DNA from: Octopus bimaculoides
Taxonomy: Eukaryota
DNA: 33,868 nt
Direction of reading: 5' to 3'
Assembly: GCF_001194135.2 (NCBI RefSeq)
Contig: NC_068992.1
Location: forward strand, 58,432,516 to 58,466,383
The notes under the pieces were generated by a model, which was given only the letters and a program-made list of their open reading frames with translations, searched no databases and was not told where the DNA came from. The position numbers and the translations under genes are program-made. Positions 24,165 through 33,868 of this stretch are shown here, in pieces; position 1 is the first letter of the stretch, and each line of letters opens with the position of its first letter.

Positions 24165-26567
24165 ATGAAGCTACAGACATTGCTAAGCACATATGTTTTA
24201 ACCGTCCTTCTACAACATTCAGACGAGGAACAGCTAAGTTCAGATTCCGATACGTATCTGACCGTACAACTTCTGGTAGATATGCAAAGTCCCGAACAGC
24301 AGAAAATGGATCGTTTTTTTAACATTGAAACTATGATTGATTTATCGACCAAGCAATTTTATTTTTTCGAAGATTCACTAACTCTGCGCCTTTACGTTCC
24401 CAACTCAAAGATCGGTTATCCCATTCAATTTTTGCAATTTGTCAACAACCAACCATACGAAATAGCTTACAATCAAACTTGTAATAAAAATAAAAATACC
24501 GAAAATTTCTGCAAGCAAACTAATGAAGGCAGCAAATCGTACAAAATCAAAGGGTACTGTTGTCCTGAAAGTGTTCAGATTCGTTGTATTCTCTATGATC
24601 CTTTATGGTATTCTATTAATACGCTCGACGACCCTGTAATCATTCAGGGTATAAGAATGGAGGTCTTAACAAAGGAAGCAGGCGCCGAAACAGATGATCT
24701 AAAGAAAAGAGTCGCCGAAAGCAGTCGTTTTCTTGTCAACGGCAAAACTATCGAGAAGGAAGACGATAAACTTTATTTCACGGCCCGCGTTCATAATCTG
24801 GCTAACTCTACTTCTTCTACTTGTAAAAACCCAATTTGTCCAAAGTTAAATTATTTATTGTTACCAATTTCAAGAACACCATCAAACAACAGTCTACAGA
24901 ACATGGAAGGTGTTCGTGAATACTTGCTTATCAAGAAGAAAGATTTTGATATAAAAGGAATACTGTGTGCTACAACTGGAATATCTATCGGTTCTGTTTA
25001 CAGAAAGAACGACAGATGTTCAGACACCTTTGTAAAAGCTTGCTCCAAAACTCAGCCTGACCAAAATGAGGAGATAAGAAACAGCGGTACCCATGCAAAG
25101 AAATCAAAATATTTTCTATCGAAGTTTGCCGCACCTGTAGCCCCTTATACTGGGAAAATTCCTGGCTGGAATTCTAATAAGACATTGTTATTTGTAGCAA
25201 ATACAAAGCGTTCAGATAAAGCGAAGCTGGAAATTATTATAAATCTCAATAAAAACCTTTTTCCTCTTGCAATTCCATTAATAGGTAAAGGTTCTATCAG
25301 AACTATATACAGCCATCCATTTACAGATTACGACAGCCAATACGAGTTTGGAATAAATATTCTTAACACAGGGCTAGTTACAGGAAACTTTAAAATATTA
25401 TTAAACTGTGAACCGAAAAAACAGTTCAAGACATTTATATTGATGCCATTTCAAGGACAAATAGTGAAATTTTATCAGAGTATTGATTTAACTATTGAAA
25501 GAGAAAGCGACAACACTACCTCTAAAAACGCCAATAAAAAACTGTTTCCATCGCAGTGTCGAATAGAATTATGGAACGAAGATGATAAAACAATGAATTC
25601 AAAAGAACTTATTTTAAAAGAAAACAAAACATGCATATGTTTAGTCGGTTGTAAATGTAGTTGTGATCTACCATACAAATGCGAATTGACAGACTCGAGA
25701 TCTACCACTCAATCTCCTGTCACAGAAGCTCCCCGTGACAAAACATGGGTTATTGTATGCACAATTTTACTTTTACTTATGCTACTCAATTTACTAAAAT
25801 TCACTTTTGGCTTTTGCTTCCCAATTCCCGTTGGTGAAGCAGGGCTGTGTGTTTTTATAAAAAGTAGCTATCAGTGTGAATATCTCGAAAAAGACCTTGA
25901 GCAAAAAGCAGTAGAGTACGATGAAGACGGTTACCCAGTGCATCCGAAAACTAAAGAAAGAGCGCGTGCTTTGCAGTACAAGACAATGGGTGCTCTGAAT
26001 TTATTATTCTTCTTTTACTTGCCATTTATTGTCTTGCATTGGCTTTTAGTACGAACGAAAATAAATAAAAAGAAAATGGATATATCGTGGGAAAAATTAG
26101 AAACAACTGTTGAAATGGTCAAAGAAGGCGACGAAAACTTTGGTTTGCACCGTACTTTGCGAAGAACATCATGTCAAACAATATCATCAGATCAGTCCGA
26201 ATTGCCGGATCACATCCAAGAAGAAAGGAATTGTATATTAGAGGAATATGGTAGAAGAATATATAGAGGGAAATGTCGTGAGGATTCAGTGTCAAAATCG
26301 TTGGAAAAGTCTCAGAAATTATCCATGAAGGATTGCCAACGAAAGAGTAAATTTAAAAGTGTGTTTGATAATTTTCGAAAAACAGAAAAAGAACCCAGTT
26401 CAATTGAAAGTTCAGACTGTCAGAAAAGTGTAGGGGATAATCTTTCAGCATGTCACATACCTGATATAACCCAATGTATTCGCGACGGTCATGAGAGTAG
26501 TTCATCATCTGAGCGTTCTTCGTGTTCAACACTCAAGAGAACTCCTATAAAAGATAAATGTTCTTGA
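24165..26567 (+). CDS. HAP2: HAP2/GCS1-family fusexin (gamete fusogen homolog), single-exon ORF, 800 aa from the first ATG
   Basis: Ordered motifs: VNNQPYE..C..C, GYCC..RCILYDPLWYS, DIKGILCATTGIS..DRCSDTFVKACSKTQ, KYFLSKF, domain III NTGLVTGNF..NC..QCRIELWNED, stem CICLVGCKCSC, TM at 25746-25817, long Ser/Lys/Cys-rich tail. The reading frame is open upstream to 23976 without an ATG, so the start is uncertain. Confidence 0.88.
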   Translation: MKLQTLLSTYVLTVLLQHSDEEQLSSDSDTYLTVQLLVDMQSPEQQKMDRFFNIETMIDLSTKQFYFFEDSLTLRLYVPNSKIGYPIQFLQFVNNQPYEIAYNQTCNKNKNTENFCKQTNEGSKSYKIKGYCCPESVQIRCILYDPLWYSINTLDDPVIIQGIRMEVLTKEAGAETDDLKKRVAESSRFLVNGKTIEKEDDKLYFTARVHNLANSTSSTCKNPICPKLNYLLLPISRTPSNNSLQNMEGVREYLLIKKKDFDIKGILCATTGISIGSVYRKNDRCSDTFVKACSKTQPDQNEEIRNSGTHAKKSKYFLSKFAAPVAPYTGKIPGWNSNKTLLFVANTKRSDKAKLEIIINLNKNLFPLAIPLIGKGSIRTIYSHPFTDYDSQYEFGINILNTGLVTGNFKILLNCEPKKQFKTFILMPFQGQIVKFYQSIDLTIERESDNTTSKNANKKLFPSQCRIELWNEDDKTMNSKELILKENKTCICLVGCKCSCDLPYKCELTDSRSTTQSPVTEAPRDKTWVIVCTILLLLMLLNLLKFTFGFCFPIPVGEAGLCVFIKSSYQCEYLEKDLEQKAVEYDEDGYPVHPKTKERARALQYKTMGALNLLFFFYLPFIVLHWLLVRTKINKKKMDISWEKLETTVEMVKEGDENFGLHRTLRRTSCQTISSDQSELPDHIQEERNCILEEYGRRIYRGKCREDSVSKSLEKSQKLSMKDCQRKSKFKSVFDNFRKTEKEPSSIESSDCQKSVGDNLSACHIPDITQCIRDGHESSSSSERSSCSTLKRTPIKDKCS

Positions 26568-27200
26568 ATTTCATTGGCAGAATTTGTAAAACAGTTTAAT
26601 ATAAAAGATGCCATTGAAAATATTTGTAAATCTTGGAGGAAAGTGACAACCTGCAACATATTTTACCATTGTTCATTGGTAGAATTTGTGAACCTGTTTA
26701 ATATATCAAAAGAAAAAAAAACGCCATTGAAAATATTCTTGAATCGTGGGGAAAAGTGAAAACCAACATATTTGACCTCAGTGTGCTTAATATTTCACTG
26801 ACACACTGACCAGAGGAATTTTTTTGAAGAAATACTTAACATTAGAATAGAGCTTGGTTTCGTAAAAATAGACGATATAGATGTTGACGATTTATTTGAA
26901 TCCTATTCGAAAGGACTAACTCTCAGGACATTCTTAATGTAGATCAACAAGCGGGCATACAACGAAGACGAAACTGAGTCGATAAAATGTACCACAAATT
27001 AAAGGAGTGACTAAAATAATTTTGTGTTATGTTTCTCGAATATGAAATTTAAACTATTTGTGATGAATATCGATCCTAACGAACTTCATAACTATAGACA
27101 GTTACAGGCAAGGGCAGCGAAAGGAAAATATATTAATGCGTATCAAATTACCATGGTTAAGTATTTTTATTTTTTCAAAGGGAAAAATTCGTGAAAAGAT
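26568..27200 (+). mobile_element. pogo/Tigger-type transposase C-terminal relic
   Basis: LAEFVKQFNIKDAIENICKSWRKVT (DDE_1 C-terminal pattern), then EEILNIRIELGFVKIDDIDVDDLFESY; ~90-bp internal duplication (about 26570-26660 vs 26674-26770). Confidence 0.6.
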
Positions 27201-27977
27201 TATTTTCCGACGTTTTTATGTAGACTGCAGTAAAACAATGTTGCATTTCCAATAAATTGTTGAATACTAAACACATTTTCACCTGTCCTTATTACATTTT
27301 CTTCTGTAAGGATAAAACATAAATGATAATATAGTGATCAAGTGTTTTCACACATATACACACGTGCACACTCATACATACATGATTATAATACATTTAA
27401 AAGTAGACAAGGAATATAATGAATAAATCTAGAATTTTATACATTTGAATAAGTCTGCTGATTACATTCGAAAGTATATATGCATACTGACATGCGCACA
27501 CACACACCCCCACACACACATGCACATACATATATGCACTGTGGTTGTCGACTTGTAGATGAATATGACCATCTGTGACAAATGATCCTTTCCTAGATCT
27601 TAATGACAATGGTTATCAGCAATACCCGTGCTGAAATCTAAAGTCAATAACAGCTTGCACAACACTGCTACGACTCCCACCTACAAAGCCAAGTAGTCTA
27701 GAAACAAGCAAGAACAACATCTCTTGCTTCGGAATTTCTTTCTCATAGAGTGATGTCTAAACAAAGAAAAGGAGGATCTCACTCCCAGTTATTGGATAGC
27801 CTTAACTCTATTGAGTTCATCCGTCCTTTCACTGGATTTGTTTTTCGTCCTGCAGAGTGTTCCCTGCAAACAGCCCTCCTTACCAAGCATGCTTTGTAGG
27901 GTTGCCGGCCCGACCATGCGACAGGTTGTATTGGTTACATGTTACTAGTAGCACCACGAGTGACCTGACAACATCTG

Positions 27978-27981
<4 letters not shown>

Positions 27982-28047
<66 letters not shown>
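27982..28047. repeat. (CA)n microsatellite
   Basis: Perfect dinucleotide run. Confidence 0.95.
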
Positions 28048-28048
<1 letters not shown>

Positions 28049-29245
28049 CACACACGCGTTGCAAGAGGAGAGAGAAAACTGCTGCTCAGTAAAGCTGTAT
28101 ATAGGAGTTAGGAGTACACCTTTCTTGGTATTACTGTCATAACTGAGAATGAAGTAGGTCTAGTGACACGATTCAAGACGATTAGAATATTTTACTAGCT
28201 CTTGAAGTCTGCTGGAGATCCAGCTTTTCAGAAACCACTTTGAAGCTGACTACCACAGTTGTTTTCTTTCTCAGGGTATAAGCCATTAACGTTTTAGTAT
28301 TTTTCTTCTTGCACTCACCGCCAGGGTTTACAGAGCGGTGAATATTAAGCGTCTGGGTATATCTATCAAAGTTGGACTACGCACTACATACCGAAACTCT
28401 CAGTTCCTCTGAGCTTCCTTGTTAAGTTGACATAGGCCCGCAAAGCATCCAGCATCCAGTTAGTGTATATTGTCACAGGGAGGTTAAGCAGAAACCTTGT
28501 TGAACAAGGAGTCACAGACCTGACTGCTTTCCGCTTCATCAGTTGAGCTATCCGGTGGTGTGTGTAAGAACTACTGCACTAGAGCAACACACCGACCTTC
28601 ACCCACACACACGTACGCATGCGCACATATAGCATCCCTCGACTAGCACGTTAACTGGTACCGTGAAAGCACATCTTCCGTGCTAACTGACAACAATAAT
28701 CTATATAAATACAGTAATTTGTGCAAGAACATTTTCAATATGCGGTTGGATTTATGAATTAGTTTTACCATATTTTAATGTGATATAATAATAAAAAGTA
28801 ATGAAAATGTGTTCACTCTTCAACAGTTTATGGGAGCGAATTGGCAGAGTCATTTGAGCATCGGCTGGAATGAATGCCTTACGGTATTTGTCTCTGCTCT
28901 CTACAGTCTATGATCGAATCTCACTGCGACCAACTTTGCCTTCTATCCTTTCGGGGTCGATAATTAAAATGCCTGTCAAAGATCCTTCCCGAGTTACTCT
29001 CGTAAGATCGCTTTCTCGGATTCTGTGGCGCATGTATCGCTTTAGCTGCTAAAAGTAGCAGTCGCGCCGTATTAAAAACAAGGAATTTTGAAGAATATCT
29101 TTATCCACAGCAGCAATTGTGGATTCTTATTTTTGCATAATGTTTTCCTTCTCTTATCGTCAACACATGAAACTTGTTACTTCCGATATGTCGATCAGCT
29201 AGAATTAGCAAAATTTCCAACTCTAAGGTTTGCAGGGTTGTTGTT

Positions 29246-29450
29246 GAGCTCGCAGAAACGTTAGCACGCCGGGCGAAATGCTTAGCAGTATTTCGTCTGT
29301 CTTTACGTTCTGAGTTCAAATTCCGCCAAGGTCGACTTTGCCATTTCATCCTTTCGGGGTCGATAAATTAAATACCAGTTGCGTACTGAGGTCGAGCTGA
29401 TCGACTGGCCCCCTCCCCAAAAATTTCGGGTCTTGTGCCTAGTGTAGAAA
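29246..29450 (+). mobile_element. SINE family A
   Basis: gagctcgcagaaacgttagcacgccgggcgaaatgcttag..gagttcaaattccgcc..tcctttcggggtcgataaa. Confidence 0.75.
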
Positions 29451-29451
29451 A

Positions 29452-29532
<81 letters not shown>

Positions 29533-29556
29533 CATCATCATCATCATTATTATTAT
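29452..29556. repeat. (TAT)n/(CAT)n microsatellite
   Basis: Long trinucleotide run at the SINE 3' end. Confidence 0.95.
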
Positions 29557-29789
29557 ATATAATTAAGAAAAGACGTAATCTATCTTAATTAATGCGATAT
29601 TCTATTTGTCCGTGACTCCTGTATCTCAGCTCTACATTGGCATATACCTTTTTGGAATCAGGATGATTCCGGGATTGAAATTCTGCCCTTCCTTTGGTTC
29701 TTGAACATTCAACATCGGGTTCTGATTTAAAAGCATTTGGGTTGCTATTTTTAGCAGGTAAAGTTTGGCTGAATCACGTCATCTTGGTT

Positions 29790-30190
29790 GGCGTTTGTCA
29801 GATGACATCAGAGATCACAGAGAAGATAAATGACATTAGCTTCATTAATTTTACATTGAGATAGGAATTTTTGGAGGCATTCTTTTCCAAAATAGGTTAG
29901 TTTCAGACATTGAAAATAATCCCTTTCAATTATATTGTTGATACTGCATTTTTCTCCATATTTGCAACCTTCCCTCTTATACGAATATTCTGAATTACAA
30001 ATCGAGATTTGAATCTAACAAATCAACCAGAACATGCAGAAAATGTTTGGTAAACTCCCGCTGAAATTAATTAAAAAAAAATTTTATATGTGTCTTTCAA
30101 TTGTAGAGGAAAACCCAAAGCTTTCATTTTAAAAACCATGGTGCTTGGAAGAAATTCTATTCCTCGTTGCTAGTTTACTCGAAGTTAATG
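29790..30190 (-). mobile_element. pogo/Tigger transposase N-terminal relic (CENP-B-type HTH to first catalytic motif)
   Basis: Minus strand KMKALGFPLQLK, FSACSG*FVRFKSRFVIQNIRIRG, LFSMSETNLFWKRMP (cf. FxASxGWFxRFKxR and FNxDETGLFWKRMP). Confidence 0.6.
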
Positions 30191-30284
30191 TAGCTTTACT
30201 CTTATAAACTTCTTATAGAATTGTTTTTTATTAACCATTATTCCTATTATTATTACATTGATTCACAAGTATCAATTTATATTT

Positions 30285-30517
30285 CTTTTCTTTACTACCC
30301 ACAAGGGGCTACACACAGAGGGGACAAACAAGGACAGACAAACGGATTAAGTCGATTATATCGACCTCAGTGCGCAACTGGTACTTATTTAATCGACCCC
30401 GAAAGGATGAAAGGCAAAGTCGACCTCGGCGGAATTCGAACTCAGAACGTGAAGACAGACGAAATACTGCTAAGTATTTCGCCCGGCGTGCTAACCACTC
30501 TGCCAGCTCACCGCCTT
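30285..30517 (-). mobile_element. SINE family A, full length with TSD
   Basis: 13-bp TSD tcaatttatattt at 30272-30284 and 30518-30530. Confidence 0.85.
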
Positions 30518-31163
30518 TCAATTTATATTTGCCTTGCCATCTCCGCGTTCTTATTTTTTATGACCTCCAGTTTGCTCTCGCTTTTCTCTTCACACCAGAA
30601 TTTTTCTCGGAATGTTTTCTTCCATTCATGTTCATTGACGATAAATTGCATCCTCACAGAGGAGAGCGACACGATTACTATAAGAAGCACAGAACTAGCA
30701 ATGGTACCACTATATACATACATATATACATTCACATATAGGAAAGAGCACCTCTTCGGTAGAAATATTGATTTCATACAGGTTGAAAATCCACCTTCAG
30801 TGGCTTAAACACTCTATAAATATATACACTAAATTCAAGGGCTCAATTGTTTAACATGTCGTTAAACTACAATATATTGTAAGTTCAATGCAATATCCAT
30901 TATAAGAATGAGTTTGTCTAAAGATGAATTGGCTAAAAAGAAAAAGAATAAAAAGCAAAGATGTCACTGATATATCAAAATTCCATTCTTAAGTTCAGCT
31001 GCTGTTTCCACAGTTAAAACACAAACATCCTCATCATCCATTTACTAGTTTTGTCGTTCACCGAGGTATTTATATTTTTAAATAAAAATAGCCTCCTTAT
31101 TTCCCAGATTCCCAACATTCCGCTCAGTGGTGACCATCATATTCTGATTCTTACACCTCTGGA

Positions 31164-31535
31164 AGTGGAGGCGCAATGGCCTAGTGGTTAGGGCAGCGGA
31201 CTCGCAGGCATAGGATCGCGGTTTCGATTCCCAGAGCGGGCGTTGTGAGTGTTTATTGAGCGAAAACACCTAAAGCTCCACGAGGCTGCGGCAGGGGATG
31301 GTAGCGAACCCTGCTGTACTCTTCCACCACAACTTTCTCTCACTCTTACTTCCTGTTTCTGTTATGTCTGTAATTCAAAAGGTCAGCCTTGTCACGCTGA
31401 ATATCCCCGAGAACTGCGTTAAGGGTACACGTGTCTGTGGAGTGCTCAGCCACTTGCACGTTAATTTCACGAGCAGGCTGTTCCGTTGATTGGATCAACT
31501 GGAACCCTCGACGTCGTAAGCGACGGAGTGCCAAC
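31164..31535 (+). mobile_element. tRNA-derived SINE (same family as 19226), full length with TSD
   Basis: A and B boxes; 11-bp TSD acacctctgga at 31153-31163 and 31536-31546. Confidence 0.9.
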
Positions 31536-31760
31536 ACACCTCTGGAGATGGATACATTTTCCTTCGAAAGAAAAGAAGCATTTGTATAAGAATATACAGC
31601 TTGCGAACGGTACTTCCGCCGGGGGATCTGCCATATTTATTACATATTATGTGCTATATTACGTAAGCCTATAAAATACACATCCACATTGTTTATAAAG
31701 TACTTAGCCTATATGCATATATTTATGCCGTCTGTTGGCTGATACCTGGACAAGTATTTT

Positions 31761-32400
31761 TCATGGAGATGGCTCTGAATTCTCCAACTCTATATTTAGT
31801 ACCCCCTGACAGGTTGCAGAAGTGATTCTATCATCAATGAAAGGCAGCTTTAGAAGGCAAACATTGTCGTATGAGGTTTGAACATACTTAGAGATCTTAA
31901 TACATGGCTGTTTTCTGATGAAGGGTTCAGGATATCCATTAATAATACTCTTTTGAACAACTCTGTGTTGGTGATTGTATCTCATTTCACTACATTTGTT
32001 GTGTATGAGAAATTTCATTCTGTGCGGGGATGACTTTGGTGAGGCTGGTCTGTAATGCACAAATAGAACACAGCAGGTAGCTTCGCTGTGGAACCAAATA
32101 TTAATGAATGTACCTTCTGCGATTCTAAGTCGGGAATCGAAGAGAGCGAAAGAGATGGGGAGAGATCGAGATCCAACGAGGTCAGGATATTCCATTTTAA
32201 AGTCTGTGGAAGATCATGGAAAAATGCCAGCCGTACTTCAATAGCAGCAAGAAGTGCAGGTTATGCCTGGCTGAGAAGAGAGCAATTTTAAGGAGTATCC
32301 ATCACCCGGATGCTTGCCTGAATAGTAGGAGTGAGATGTTTAACCCTTGCCCACATGAAAGGAAGTACATCCTATCGTACCTGCGCACCCCAACATGACT
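31761..32400. mobile_element. Penelope-like retroelement relic, two fragments in opposite orientation
   Basis: Plus strand LWKIMEKCQPYFNSSKKCRLCLAEK..LNSRSEMFNPCPH (GIY-YIG C-terminal CCHH region); minus strand LIHNKCS..INGYPEPFI..LKLPFI (RT thumb-like). Confidence 0.6.
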
Positions 32401-32584
32401 GCAACCACAAGTCCCCGGACTCAACCTTCCACCAATGACCTCGTGCCCGACAAAAAGCTTGACCAAAACACACGCCAATGCACCCATGCACACACACACT
32501 CACCTCTATAAGGCAGACACCTCACAAAATATACTGTCTCCCACCAACACTCCAACATATACCACTTCACACACATTATACCCT

Positions 32585-32595
32585 CACACACACAC

Positions 32596-32632
<37 letters not shown>

Positions 32633-32730
32633 AAGAAAGAAAGAAAGAAAGAAAGAAAGGAAGAAATAAAGAAAGAAAGAAAGAAAGAAAGGAAGAAATA
32701 AAGAAAGAAAGAAAAAAGGAAAGAAAGAAA
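32585..32730. repeat. Compound (CA)(TA)(GA)(GAAA) microsatellite
   Basis: Visible in the sequence. Confidence 0.95.
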
Positions 32731-33767
32731 AATAACGATCATTATAACATGCGTTTCCATTAATGAAATCGATTTCAAGTATATGTGATTCTCGTTACTA
32801 CTACGTTATAGCCCGGGTCCGTATTAATGATGGTAACAAGTTGACGAGAGCTCAAGAGAGTTAAAATGCGTGAGAATAAAAACAATTCCTATGGGCTTGT
32901 AAATATGAGGTTGAGTTAGTGTGTGCTTGTAGTTAGATGTGTGAACAAGCCTCTTCAGCACTTAGGTGTTTGATGCGTGTGCATGTGCATGACTACTTTG
33001 TAGATGCACACACCTAAGTGTGTACAAATATTCATCTAAAGGGAGGTAATATTTGTCCCCACTTAAACGTGGGTGTTCTGTTAGAACAAAGTATGCTGTG
33101 GTAATTATCACGAGATAAACTCTCATATTGGCTTTTGCACTCTTGTATATATTGCCATCTCTAGCGAGACCACCATATCACGTGATTTTGACCTTCTTTG
33201 ATCATGTCAATGATGGACACTCGACCGCTAGAAATAGCAGCTATTCATCTCTCCATCAGAGATATATAGAATAACGGTGCCAGAACAGGCGCTAGTGTCA
33301 CGATTAGCCAGTGAGCTTGTTAAAAAATATATATTAATGACAGACGCACCATTAATACAGAGAGGTATCCTCAGTTAAACGTGGATGTCCTGTTAGAACA
33401 AACTACACTGCGGTAATGACCACGAGAGAAACTCGTATACTGGCTTTATTGTTTATATAGCTAGCGTAGAGATAAATCTCCGCCACCTCCTATGCTGAAA
33501 CCGCCAGATAACGTGGTCTAAAGAATCTCAACGGGCGAATCTATGGGGCAGCTTACAAATTTTTGCTGTGCCGCTAATAGCTTGGATTTGGAGGAAGCAC
33601 GTTTGTGTCTTTTGGTCTTTCTTAGAAAATATTAACATTTCTGGGGCTTTGCGCAAATCCGTATTATGTATGTCTCTTCTGTTTTTTTAATTATTACAAA
33701 TCTTCCACTGAGGAGGGAGCCGGTTTCCAACAAAGATGTATGTATGTATGTATGTACGTATGTTTGT

Positions 33768-33868
33768 AGCTTGCTTACCAACCACATCGTTCTGGGTTCA
33801 GTCCCACTGGGGCAAGTGTTTTCTACTATAGCCTTGGGCCGACCAAAGCCTTGTGAGTGGAATTGGTA
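33768..33868 (+). mobile_element. SINE family B head (cut by window edge)
   Basis: agcttgcttaccaaccacatcgttctgggttcagtcccactggggcaagtg..ccgaccaaagccttgtgagtgg. Confidence 0.7.

Noticed and set aside
27600-28700. GC-balanced unique stretch with weak tyrosine-recombinase-like peptides and a CTGATGA..GAAA hammerhead-like core (minus strand, ~28530-28550)
   Set aside because: Peptide similarity is marginal and stop-ridden; helices I and III and a cleavable NUH triplet cannot be formed.
30221-30808. 195-aa ORF
   Set aside because: Reads through a family A SINE antisense plus low-complexity flanks; no coding signature.
31915-31940. CTGATGA within the Penelope relic as a possible hammerhead ribozyme
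   Set aside because: No helix II or GAAA follows.

Overview
AT-rich, repeat-dense animal genomic DNA. The SINE families and microsatellites point to an octopus (inference from recalled repeat families). The window has four N gaps. Two host genes sit head-to-head. On the minus strand is the first coding exon of a GOLIM4/GPP130-like Golgi type II membrane protein (16662-16833); its next exon was not found, so 1-16661 is probably intron. On the plus strand is an uninterrupted ~800-codon ORF (24165-26567) with the motif order and Cys pattern of HAP2/GCS1, the class II gamete fusogen (fusexin). This HAP2 is unusual in four ways: it has no introns, its cd 'fusion loop' appears reduced to 7 residues (GYCC-PESVQIR-C) with the loop Cys pair and Arg missing, it has a second long hydrophobic helix, and its stop codon runs in frame into a pogo/Tigger transposase relic. 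The rest is transposon debris: three or more SINE families, a dead Tc1, two L1/Tx1 relics (one split by a hAT MITE with 13-bp TIRs and an 8-bp TSD), Tigger and Penelope-like fragments, and microsatellites. All homology calls are motif recognition from memory; no searches were run.
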